A DNA stretch of 64,000 nucleotides from Octopus sinensis (Eukaryota). The stretch is taken from the NCBI RefSeq assembly GCF_006345805.1, contig NC_043014.1, positions 11,842,001 to 11,906,000 on the forward strand, read 5' to 3'. Shown in pieces: positions 37,267 through 47,650 of this stretch. The position numbers and the translations under genes were made by a program. Below the pieces are notes generated by a model. The model worked only from the letters and a program-made list of their open reading frames with translations. It had not been told where the DNA came from and did no database searches. Each line of letters opens with the position of its first letter. Positions within the stretch are counted from its first letter, which is position 1.

Positions 37267-38610
37267 GTAGGTTTAGCTTTGACAAAATGGTTCTGTTCAG
37301 GGAAGAAAAAAAATAATGAAGACGGCGAGCTGGCAGAAACGTTAGCACGCCGGGCGAAATGCTTTGCGGTATTTCGTCTGCCGTTACGTTCTGAGTTCAA
37401 ATTCCGCCGAGGTCAACTTTGCCTTTCATCCTTTCGGGGTCGATTAAATAAGTACCAGTTACGCACTGGGGTCGAGATAATCGCTTAATCCGTTTGTCTG
37501 TCCTTGTTTGTCCTCTCTGTGTTTAGCCCCTTGTGGGTAGTAAAGAAATAGGTATTTCGTCTGCCGCTAATTTCTGAGTTCAAATTCCGCCGAGGTCTAC
37601 TTCGCCTTTCATCCTTTCGGGGTCGATAAATTAAGTACCAGTTACGCACTAGGGTCGATATAATCGACTTAATCCGTTTGTCTGTCCTTGTTTGTCCCCT
37701 CTGTGTGTAGCCCCTTGTGGGCAATAAAGAAATAAGAATGGTTCTGTTTCATGACAGAATGGTTCTGTTCAGGGGTGGGGAGAAAGCCGTGGAGCTGGCA
37801 GAAACGTTAGCACGCCGGAACAATGTGGGTTGTAAAGAAATAGATATTTCGTCTGCCGTTACGTTCTGAGTTCAAATTCCGCCGAGGTCGACTTTGCCTT
37901 TCATTCTTTCGGGGTCGATAAATTAAGTACCAGTTACGCACTGGAGTCGATGTAATCGACTTAATCCGTTTGTCTGTCCTTGTTTGTCCCCTCTGTGTGT
38001 AGCCCCTTGTGGGCAATAAAGAAATAAGAATGGTTGTTTCATCTTTGGTTACTTGTGCTCCCTAATACTTTCTGAACGTTACTAGGACAGTGAGCTGGCG
38101 GAACCTTTCGCACACCGAATAAAACGCTTAAGGGCAGAATGCTTGCCGTTCTTAGTTCAAATCTCGCCGAGGTTGACTAAGCCTTTTATTCTTTCCGGGC
38201 TAATAAAATAGGTACTATTTAGACACTGGGGTTGATGTAATCGACTTGTCCCTTGCTTGTTCCTGCTGACCTTGTGCCCAAATTTTACACCTATATTTTT
38301 GAGTGCTTCAGCTAGGTGATCTAACAGTCATAATTAGTAAAGTGATGATGAACAGGTTTTTTTAAAGATGTTTAGTTATGTTCTTTCATCATCTTTTATT
38401 TGTTTCAGTCATTAGACTGTGGCCATGCTGAGGCACCGCCTTGAAGAATTTCATTTGAACGAATGGATCCCAGAACAATTTTTAACGCCTAGTACTTATT
38501 TTATCGGCGTTACGAAGGCGTGTGCAAACCATACTGATTGACAAGCGGTGGTGGAGGACAAACACACACACGCACGCACACACACACGCACGCACACATA
38601 CACACACACA

Positions 38611-38664
<54 letters not shown>

Positions 38665-39372
38665 TTTAGGAATTTAAAAGTTATGGTCGGTCATAGAGTG
38701 AGCACCTATAAAACACTTAGCAGTATAAGGTGACTCATTAGACTCAAATGGCTGAAGGTGCATAACCTCTCTACAACCGAAGGAAGCGATACATAACAGT
38801 CAGTTGGTTTTGTAAACAAAAAATAATCTGTCCCTGCTGGGGGAGGGACGGGGTTATCCTCCTTACATCGACTCCAGTGTTGGTAAGTTTACGCCTCCGT
38901 ACATAGCTGTTTGGCAAAAAAAAAAAAATCCTATAAAATTATTTCTAGACTTAAAGAGAAAAATAAGTACTATGGTAGTTTTGTTCAAGCAACACCCTTC
39001 AAGACAGTGCCCCAGCATGGTCGGAGTCCAGTGACCTAAACAAGTAAAAGAAGGTAAATAAGTACAAAACAGCCCCTAAAAAGCACTGTAGCGATAAAAT
39101 AGCCCAGTATTGATAAAGCAGTAGATTCAAGACTTCTATGCACTTCTATAAAAATTGAAAAAATTTGAAATAATTTGAAGTACACCTTTGAAAGTATAAT
39201 GGCGAAAAATCATACTTTAGTAATCACGAAGCGATAAACGATATCCTTAGAAATTTCACTGGTCATGTTCTGTATTTGGCGTGGAAGGGAAGTACTGACA
39301 CTCGAAAGGGAGGATATAAGTAATATCTTTACGGTCTTACCTTTGAGACCGTATATGTGCGTGTCCAGACAC

Positions 39373-39414
<42 letters not shown>

Positions 39415-39824
39415 GTGGCTGTGTGGTAAGTAGCTTGCTTACGAACCACATGGTTCCGGGTTCAGTCCCACTGCGTCGCACCTTGGGCAAGTGTCTTCTA
39501 CTATAGCCTCGGGCCGACCAAAGCCTTGTGAGTGGATTTGGTAGACGGAAACTGAAAGAAGCCCGTTTTATATATGTGTATATATGTATGCGTGTGTGTT
39601 TGTGTGTCTGTGTTTGTTCCCCCTCCCTAACATCGCTTGACAACCGATGGTGGTGTGTTTACGTCCCCGTAACTTAGCGGTTCGGCAAAAGAAACCGATA
39701 GAATAAGTACTAGGCTTACAAAGAATAAGTCCTGGGGTCGATTTGTTCGAAATTAAAGCGGTGTGCTCCAGCATGGCCACAGTAAATGACTGAAATAAGT
39801 AAAAGAGTAAAAGATATATATATA

Positions 39825-39863
<39 letters not shown>

Positions 39864-39996
39864 TATAGATATATATATATATATAACGTGATCACGTGAC
39901 CGACCAGTCCATCCGATGTAGTTACACATCGCGTCACAATGCGTTCGCATTGTTTTAGCCTTCGAATGACGCCACCCCGATGGCTAAGCGAGCAGG

Positions 39997-40054
<58 letters not shown>

Positions 40055-40504
40055 GTAAGAATTTACAAAAAAAAATAGAAAGACGAAGACGGGTGTGTAA
40101 ACAACAAACAGATGTATTAGTTTAACGCTCGGGAAGTGAGAAAGTCTTTTACGTTTCGAGCCTACGCTCTTCCACAGAAAGGAACACAGAAATAAACATG
40201 GAGAGAAAACAAATAATAAAGACAGAAAATGGAATGTACGTGAAATTTTGTTACTCACAACAACCATTTCAATCCATCCTGCATCGATTCCTCGCAGGTG
40301 AGGTACTGTGCGACAGTTCCGAAACAGCTTCATGCATTTCACCGAAGACGTCTTTCCTTCTCCTATGTTTCCGACGAAGAGCTCCGCTCGAAACGTTAAA
40401 CCCTCCTTCTTCCCTTCTTTCCTGAGCGTCCAATAATATTTTATTTGTTCCACGTCCTCGCGTTGTTGTGTTTTTTTTGTTTTTTTGCGTTTTCTTGTTT
40501 GGAT

Positions 40505-40539
<35 letters not shown>

Positions 40540-42093
40540 AGAGAAATTTTAATTATTTATTTATGCCCCCTTTTCAAGCCTAGCCAAGCTCATAGGCCCA
40601 GTTTCTCGGTTTCTATCGCGTATGTGTTCTATCCAGCTGGACGGGACGCCAGTCCATCGCAGCGTTACTCAAGAAACAGAAAGAAAGAGTGAGAGGAAGT
40701 TAGAGCGAAAGAGTACAACAGGGGTCACCACCACCCCTGCCGGAGCCTCGTGGAGCTTTAGGTGTTTTCGCTCAATAGACACACACAACGCCCGGTCTGG
40801 GAATCGAAACCGCGATCCTCCGACCGCGAGGTCCGCTGCCCTAATCACTGGACCATTGTGCCTCCAGTTAGCTAGCTAGATATAGATATCAATTTGATGT
40901 GCATTTACAAATTTTGTACATTTTGTATATAAGCTTATTCAAGCCGAAAAATAACTTACAATCTTCCACGCCAATGATAATCACGTACGAGAATAAAATC
41001 TACGTTATTGGCAGTACATGAAGTAACATCTTTTTCTAGTTACTTGGTGGTGGTGGTGGTGGGGGGGATTATGAATATTCTAAATTATTATATAGAGTGT
41101 CAATACATTAGATGTTCGTAACGAATATGATAGAAGTAGTAAAAATAATAGCGAATCAAAATATATTAGATTAACGATACTGCTTATCTTTATTCCACTG
41201 GTAGCAGCAGGGACACCGCCAACAGTAATTCTTATATGGTAACCATAATAATCATGCTGTTCGTGATAGGTTCATTAATATTGTTATAGTTCGTAATAAC
41301 GAGACTACCAAATCTGTAGTCGTGGAGGCGCAATGGCCCAGTGGTTAGAATAAATATCGGTCTTGAAATAAAGTGAAAGACGTACTGAGGGTTGATTCAT
41401 TCGACAGAAAATTCTTCATGGTCGCAGTCTAATGACTGAAACAAGTAAAATATAAAAGGAGAGTGTAAAAATTTTCAGTGGAGGCGCAATGGCCCAGTGG
41501 TTAGGGCAGCGGACTCGCGGTCGGGGGATCGTGGTTTCAATTCCCAGACCGGGCGTTGTGTGTGTTTATTGAGCGAAAATACCTAAAGCTCCACGAGGCT
41601 TGACAGGTGGTGGTGGCGATCCCTGCTGTACTCTTTCGCCCCAACTTTCTCTCACTCTCTCTTCCTGTTTCTTGAGTAACGCTGCGATGGACTGGCGTCC
41701 CGTCCAGCTGGGGGGAGCACATACGCCACAGAAACCGGGAGACCGGGCACATGAGCCTGGCTAGGCTTGAAAAGGGCGCAGAAAAAAAATGTGTTGTTAA
41801 ACAATCCATTGCCTTCGGTTTCAGTCCTACTGTGCGGCATTTTGTGCAAGGGTCTTGTACTATAGACCCAGGTTAACTAATGTCTGCGAGTGAACTTGGT
41901 AGACGGAAATTGTGTGGAATCCTGTCGTATGGGTGCAAGCGTGGATGTGTGGTGAGAAGTTTGCGTCCCAACCATATAGTCCCAGGTTCAGTCCCTCTGC
42001 ATGGCATCTTGGGCACGTGTCTTCAACTATAGCGTCAGGCTGACCAAAGCCTTGTGAGTGGATTTAGTAGATGGAAACTGAAAGAAGTCCGTC

Positions 42094-42171
<78 letters not shown>

Positions 42172-44666
42172 ATCACGTGACCGACCAGGCTATCAGATGT
42201 TGCTACACATCGCTGGTCACAACCGATGCTAGTGTGTTTACGTCCCCGTAACTTAGCGGTTCGGCAAAACACACCGATAGAATAAGTACTAGGCTTACAA
42301 AGAATAAGTCCTGGGGTCGATTTGCTCGACTAAAGGCGATGCTCCAGCCTGGCCGCTGTCAAATGACTGAAACAAGTAAAAGAGTAACTGCAACGTAGGT
42401 GTTCTCTTTTTCACTGATCTTCAGCTTTATATTAACATCCGCTGGGCAGTTAATTTGAAATTAGGCATCCTCGCTTTCGGCCTCGTGAACCCCATCAAAC
42501 CTATATATGTACGCATACGACGCATACATAAGTACATACATACACACACACACGCACGCATTGTTATGACCACGTGTGTATCGTTGGCGATTTTCTTTCT
42601 CCGTTTTCCCTTCCTTGGATCTTTCCTTTTTTTCTATGTTTCTGACGAAGAGCTCCGCTCGAAACGTTAAATCCTCATTCTTTCTTTCCTTTCCTGAGCG
42701 TCCAATAGCACTATATATGTTCTACGTCCTCGCGTTGTTGTGTTTTCTCTTTGTTCATGTTTGGAGTAACTACATATATATATTTCGTTTTTGGATTTGG
42801 TTTGCAAGATTCTTTATATGAGTTCGTGTGTTGAAGCATATTCTGTTGTGTCTGGGGAGAGTCATTTTCTTTTTGTGCCTTATAATTTAACACACTCACC
42901 GGTAAAATTTCCACTTATTTCTTATTTTTATTTTCACAAAATTTTCGTTGCGTCTTGCAACCTTTTCAATAGTCTTGACTCTGTTATTTACACTGCGTTC
43001 CTTTTTGTTTGTTTGTGCGCATGTGCGTGGGTCAGTGTGTGTGTGTGCCTATGCATGCATGCACGTACATATGTATGTGTGTATGTATGTATGCATGTGT
43101 ATGTATGTATATATGTGTGTGTGTACATCTGTATGTATGTGTCCTGTATATTCATGTACTTGCATGTCCGTGTTTGCGTATTTTCTACGTATGTGTGCGT
43201 GTGAGCGTGTGTTTGTATATGTATGCACCTCTGTCTCCTTGTGTGTATATACAGTATATATATATACATTTTTTACTGACAGCTTTGTTGCAGTTTGAAA
43301 CAGTGGATACAGGAATAGTAACAATCAAAGGAGTGCAGAGCGGCCGATACTTGGCATTCAATAGCAAAGGAGTTTTATGTGGTGTGGTAACTATATATTT
43401 TATTGCTTCTCTCTTCTTTTTTCATTGTCATTCTTTATCTCTCTCCTTTCCCCTCTCTATCTTTCCCCCCTCTCTCTCTGTCATTGTGCATGTCTGCGTG
43501 TGTGGACGCAGGAGCCCTAGTGCTTAGGGTGTTGGGTTCAAGATCACGTGATTATGGTTTCAGTTCTCAGATCGGCGAAGTGTTGCGTTCTTGAGCAAGA
43601 CACTTCATTTCCCGTTGCTCCAGTTCATTCATGTATAAAATGGATAACCCTATAACAGACTGGGTGTTTGCCTGCCCACCCAACCAGCTGGGTGGTACCA
43701 TTCGAAAGCTACATCAATGTGACGAAGCCGTATTGTGTCTATAACAACGTCCAATAGATGTCGCTACAGAGACACAGAGGCACAGTGATATATATATATC
43801 CTGTTGTGTCACTTCCTTAGTTGTTTGCTCAGCGAAACTTATATTATTAATGATGTTTGTATCAATATTATGAACTAGCACTATGACCTGACAACGCCGG
43901 ATCATAGTGCTAGTGCATGCATATACAGCTGCGATTACTGTCCAAATCTCCAACCAATCACATACAGCTAGCTGGCATTCAATTAGTGTATCAAGTTTCG
44001 GGCATTTTGATTGGGTTTTGGATAGAAAATTCACAAAAAGTCACTTCTATTGATTTTTTAATGGCTTTGCGGGGTGACTGGGGAAATGTAAAGATGTGCA
44101 CGACCACCTTTGGACGGTTTTGAATGACCATAGAAAGTGCGAGCCCTCTAACTGAAAAATTGTAGATTTGTATAAAGGACACATAGACAGACATTTTGCC
44201 GTTTATATAGAGAGATTAGATAAAACTTGCTGCTGTAAGCAACAAATGAACACCAAGCATCGTCTCGTGGCACACCTAGCATCGTCTCGTGGCACACCTA
44301 GCATCATCTCGTGGCACACCTAGCATCGTCTCGTGGCACACCAGTGTGCCGCGACATACCGATTGCAGAGCACTGATCTAGACAAAACGTTAATTAATAT
44401 TTCAAAATGCTAATTAATATTTCGACCTCCTTTCCTCAACTTATTCTTTACTTTCCATTTCCATTCTTTTTTTTTTTCAGCCAACCAAAGATGAGTCTTG
44501 TAGTTTCCACGAAAGGATGAAAAGCCTATACACGCTTTACAAATCAGAGAAATATTCCAAGAAAAAATGGTTCCTTGCTATTAGCAAACGCGGCAGAATA
44601 AAGAACGGCAGAAAGTCACGAACACGAAAGAAACATTCCCAATTTTTACCAATAAAAGATATGTGA
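37104..44666 (+). CDS. FGF: Fibroblast growth factor, spliced model join(37104..37266,43283..43386,44481..44666), 150 aa, no signal peptide, subfamily unresolved
   Basis: Hand-spliced protein: MTLEEPIPLPNDFRFNPNPNKWQPTKKLISRTGYFLCINEDGLVYSSIEHVDCN-ALLQFETVDTGIVTIKGVQSGRYLAFNSKGVLCGV-PTKDESCSFHERMKSLYTLYKSEKYSKKKWFLAISKRGRIKNGRKSRTRKKHSQFLPIKDM*. It has the FGF beta-trefoil motifs (G.FL.I..DG, G.V.IKGV.SGRYLA....G, conserved C..F.ER, WF.A...G, FLP). Total CDS 453 nt, intron phases 1 and 0, GT-AG sites. Confidence 0.93.
37320..38035 (+). mobile_element. Family-M SINE multimer about 55 nt downstream of FGF exon 1
   Basis: Same head and body as the other family-M copies; three units. Confidence 0.85.
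39050..39372. repeat. Dispersed repeat ending in a hairpin, possibly a rolling-circle element terminus
   Basis: Homologous to 57510-57785 and 47946-48000; ends with TACGGTCT-TACCTTTG-AGACCGTA (8-bp stem). Confidence 0.6.
39412..39815 (+). mobile_element. Composite SINE (tRNA head + CORE-like domain + microsatellite + Meta-like domain + RTE-type tail), family C
   Basis: GTGGCTGTGTGGTAAG head, CCTTGGGCAAGTG core, (TA/TG)n linker, tail GCATGGCC.CAGTCAAATGACTGAAACAAGTAAAAGAG. More than 25 copies, e.g. 1478-1810, 5755-6130, 11365-11770(-), 19705-20125(-), 26660-27085, 30860-31230(-), 36920-37065(-), 38395-38700(-), 41935-42390, 47375-47890, 48008-48415, 49002-49405, 52500-53350, 59540-60025(-), 62995-63375. 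Confidence 0.85.
39886..40000. mobile_element. 115-bp element inserted in (TA)n
   Basis: ACGTGATCACGTGACCGACCAG...GCAGGCCAA between TA tracts; partial second copy at 42166-42221. Confidence 0.6.
40145..40182 (-). ncRNA. Hammerhead-like fold, second family (CUGUGGA core variant)
   Basis: Reverse complement: CCTTT-CTGTGGA-A-GAGC(GTAG)GCTC-GAAACGTA^AAAGA. Confidence 0.4.
40367..40401 (+). ncRNA. Minimal PLE-type hammerhead (U4C core variant) in FGF intron 1
   Basis: GTTT-CCGACGA-A-GAGC(TCC)GCTC-GAAACGTT^AAAC; 4-bp stem I. Confidence 0.5.
42638..42672 (+). ncRNA. Minimal PLE-type hammerhead (canonical CUGACGA core) in FGF intron 1
   Basis: GTTT-CTGACGA-A-GAGC(TCC)GCTC-GAAACGTT^AAAT, with palindromic ACGT stem III as in dimer-cleaving PLE hammerheads. 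Confidence 0.6.
43283..43386 (+). CDS. FGF: FGF coding exon 2 (104 bp)
   Basis: Acceptor ttttactgacAG (43281-43282), donor GTG|GTAACT (43387). The length is exactly the 104 bp typical of the FGF middle exon. Encodes LLQFETVDTGIVTIKGVQSGRYLAFNSKGVLCGV. Confidence 0.95.
44256..44342. repeat. 22-bp tandem repeat x4 in FGF intron 2
   Basis: AGCATCGTCTCGTGGCACACCT x4, followed by GTGTGCCGCGAC...CACTG-ATCTAGAC, which resembles a decayed hAT/Charlie end. Confidence 0.85.
44481..44666 (+). CDS. FGF: FGF coding exon 3 with stop codon
   Basis: Acceptor ttcttttttttttttcAG ends at 44480, phase 0. 61 codons then TGA (44664-44666). Contains CSFHER, WFLAISKRG and QFLP. Missed by the ORF track. Confidence 0.94.
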   Translation, partial: PTKDESCSFHERMKSLYTLYKSEKYSKKKWFLAISKRGRIKNGRKSRTRKKHSQFLPIKDM

Positions 44667-44899
44667 AGGAGTAACCAAGACGACCAGAATAAAGGAAATA
44701 ACTAAAATAAATTATTGTAGCTGGAAAACAATAAAAACAAAAAACAAAAATGAAGCCAAAAACAAACAAAATAACAAATAAAAATGAAAAATATTATACA
44801 ACTAACGAAAGAAAGTGAAACCTCTTGATCTATCAATGGTAAATTCTAGAATCATTTGTCTACCGTCCATTTATTAGAATTTCCTTCATTAATAAATAT

Positions 44900-44943
44900 A
44901 TGATCTGACGAAGGCTAGCAGGCCGAAACTTCGAAGTCATTGT
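44900..44943 (+). ncRNA. Type-I hammerhead ribozyme fold with canonical core, in the FGF 3' UTR or 3' flank
   Basis: ATGAT-CTGACGA-A-GGCT(AGCA)GGCC-GAAA-CTTCGAAG-TC^ATTGT. Stem I is 5 bp with two G:U pairs, stem II is 4 bp, stem III is the palindrome ACTTCGAAGT, and the GUC cleavage triplet ends at 44938. Confidence 0.75.
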
Positions 44944-45067
44944 CACCCTTTCTTGTAAAGATTTAATAAACATATTCTTTACTAAAATGTATAAATGTTC
45001 GGAATAATTTTTCAATTTAATATTGGAGTATTTTTTTACATATGACTTGACATAAAAACAAACATTC

Positions 45068-45098
<31 letters not shown>

Positions 45099-45309
45099 TG
45101 TATGTATGTATGTATGTATGCATGCATGCATGCATGCATGTATGTATGTATGTATGTATGTATGTATGTATTTTTGTATGTATGTATGCATGTATTATGT
45201 ATGTATGTATGTATGTATTTATGTATGTATGAATGTATGTAGTATGTATTTATGTATGCATGTATGCATGTATGTATGTATTTATGTATGCATGTATGTA
45301 TGTATGTAC

Positions 45310-45340
<31 letters not shown>

Positions 45341-45535
45341 TGTATTTATGTATGTATGTATGTATGTATGTATGTACATACGTACGCACGTAAGTGTATA
45401 TATGTGGTGTGCCACGTAAAATCATCATTTGAAATCTTTGTTCGTCATCTCACTAGAAGCTTCCTATCTTTGAGAATTGTGTTTTTCTATCGGTTTGAGA
45501 TTCACTCTGGAACAAACTTATTGCATATGTCATGC

Positions 45536-46169
45536 ATGATCGTCATAAAGTGCTGTAGCGTTATGATCGTCATAAGTGCTGTAGCTTTATGATCGTCATA
45601 AAGTACTGTAGCTTTATGATCGTCATAAAGTACTGTAGCTTTATGATCATCATAAAGTACTGTAGCTTTATGATCGTCATAAAGTGCTGTATCTTTATGA
45701 TAGTCATAAGTGCTGTAGCATCATAATCGTCATAAGTGCTGTAGCTTTATGATCGTCATAAAGTGCTGTAGCTTTATGATCGTCATAAGTGCTGTAGCTT
45801 TATGATCGTCATAAAGTACTGTAGCTTTATGATCATCATAAAGTGCTGTAGCTTTATGATCGTCATAAAGTGCTGTAGCTTTATGATGGTCATAAGTGCT
45901 GTAGCTTTATGATGGTCATAAGTGCTGTAGCTTTATGATCGTCATAAGTGCTGTAGCTTTATGATCGTCATAAGTGCTGTAGCTTTATGATCATCATAAA
46001 GTGCTGTAGCTTTATGATCGTCATAAAGTGCTGTAGCTTTATGATCGTCATAAGTGCTGTAGCTTTATGATCGTCATAAGTGCTGTAGCTTTATGATCGT
46101 CATATGTGCTGTAGCTTTATGATCGTCATAAAGTACTGTAGCTTTATGATCGTCATAAGTGCTGTAGCT
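45536..46169. repeat. Minisatellite, about 24 copies of a 26/27-bp unit
   Basis: Unit GTGCTGTAGCTTTATGATCGTCATAA(A); 24 CTGTA cores counted by hand; no unique spacers. Confidence 0.95.
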
Positions 46170-46460
46170 ATGTGTAGAGAGTCTGGTAGACGAGTAGTGT
46201 TCCAAGACCATTTTTTGAATACCTTTCCAATCAGCCTTATGAAAGTTCAGGCAGGAAAGGAGTCGAATGCTTCTAGTAGCCTGCACACCTGCAGTTCTCT
46301 GTGGACTATACATTGTTAGTTCTATTAAGCTCGGGTCCGAGAAAGTAGCCATTGTCACCGTAACATTATGGATGAGCGTTTAGTTATTTGCGAAGCCAAG
46401 GTTCAGAACATTTTTAATACCTTCTCATTCTTAAATGTGCCATTTAATGTCTCTCAGGTG
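46170..46460 (-). pseudogene. LINE endonuclease-linker fragment (CR1/L2/Jockey group)
   Basis: The minus strand reads SDPSLIELT...CLNFHKADWKGIQ, resembling the SDH...LNF.KADW motif that follows the APE domain. Confidence 0.55.
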
Positions 46461-47256
46461 AACTTCCAAATGTTGTTGTTTGTTTATTATTCACCTTACT
46501 CGGAATTTGCAATTTAACGTGGATCTGGAAATTTATATCTAGTACTATATCCTCCTCCATTTCTAAATTAAGGGTAAAAATAAAGCAACTCTACAAAATA
46601 CAACTGATCTTTAATAACAGACGCACAGAGTAACAACAGTCAAATAACGACAACGGAATGCATAACAAACATCGGTTATCTGACTGTCGCCTGTACTCTC
46701 GACAAGAGAATTAGTCTTTTACAGCTATCTGTCTTTTACACCTACCAGGCTTGTTTGTATATGCACGAGTTGCTGGATAATTTCTCGTTCCTTTAAGAAT
46801 ATTGTAGAACGGAAACTTTTCATAGATTGGAAATTAAATCCTAGTCTCTATAGAAATTTATTGTTTCTGGACAAAATTGAATTTGAATTACTTAAAATTT
46901 TTACGGTTATAGATAACAGCTCGGGCTGTAACTTCTGAGCCCGAGTCAGGCGCGTGTGAACGATGTCGAGAGAACGTCTGCTACGAATGATATTTTTTGA
47001 CACAGGGCATCTCTAAGACGACCGCCAGACGTTGACGAAAATAAATGAACTAAGACTAGATTTGATAAAAGGTGCCCGAGTTATTGGCTGAAATTACATA
47101 CAAATACACGTTCACTTTACTAAATTTATACTCGGGCTACGCCCAAACGGACTAAGTGCCGGAGTGCCTATATATATATATAAATATACCGGTTGCTACT
47201 CCGGCGCTCAGGCTGTTTATTATCAATTTATCAGCATAAGGTCAGTTTCTTCTTAT

Positions 47257-47359
<103 letters not shown>

Positions 47360-47619
47360 GTATGTATATATAGGCCTGGCTGTGTGGTAAAAAGCTTCCG
47401 TTCCAATCACATGGTTCCGGGTTCAGTCCCACTGCGTGGTACCTTGGGCAAATGGTTTCTACTATAGCCTCGAGCCGACCAAAAGCTTGTGAGTGGATTT
47501 GGTAGACAGAAACTAAAAGAAGCCCGTCGTGTATATATATATATGTGTGTGTGCGTGTGTGTTTGTGCGTGCGTGTGTGTGTGAGTGTGTGTGTGTGTGC
47601 GCGTGCGTGTGCGCGCGCG

Positions 47620-47650
<31 letters not shown>

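Larger units (their letters stand above)
40045..40510. mobile_element. PLE-like remnant with two oppositely oriented hammerhead-bearing repeats, flanked by (TA)n
   Basis: Second-family repeat on - (same as positions 1-110) and first-family repeat on + (same as 3965-4122), separated by about 180 bp of unique sequence. Confidence 0.55.

Noticed and set aside
36921-37316. 131-aa ORF as a single-exon gene or extended FGF N-terminus
   Set aside because: The first about 50 codons are an antisense SINE; an acceptor at 37097 and a donor at 37267 define the real exon.
43009-43527. 172-aa ORF
   Set aside because: Only 43283-43386 is FGF-like; the flanks are microsatellite and intron.
45536-46169. CRISPR-like appearance (regular palindromic repeats)
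   Set aside because: Units are contiguous with no unique spacers, there are no cas genes, and the context is eukaryotic.
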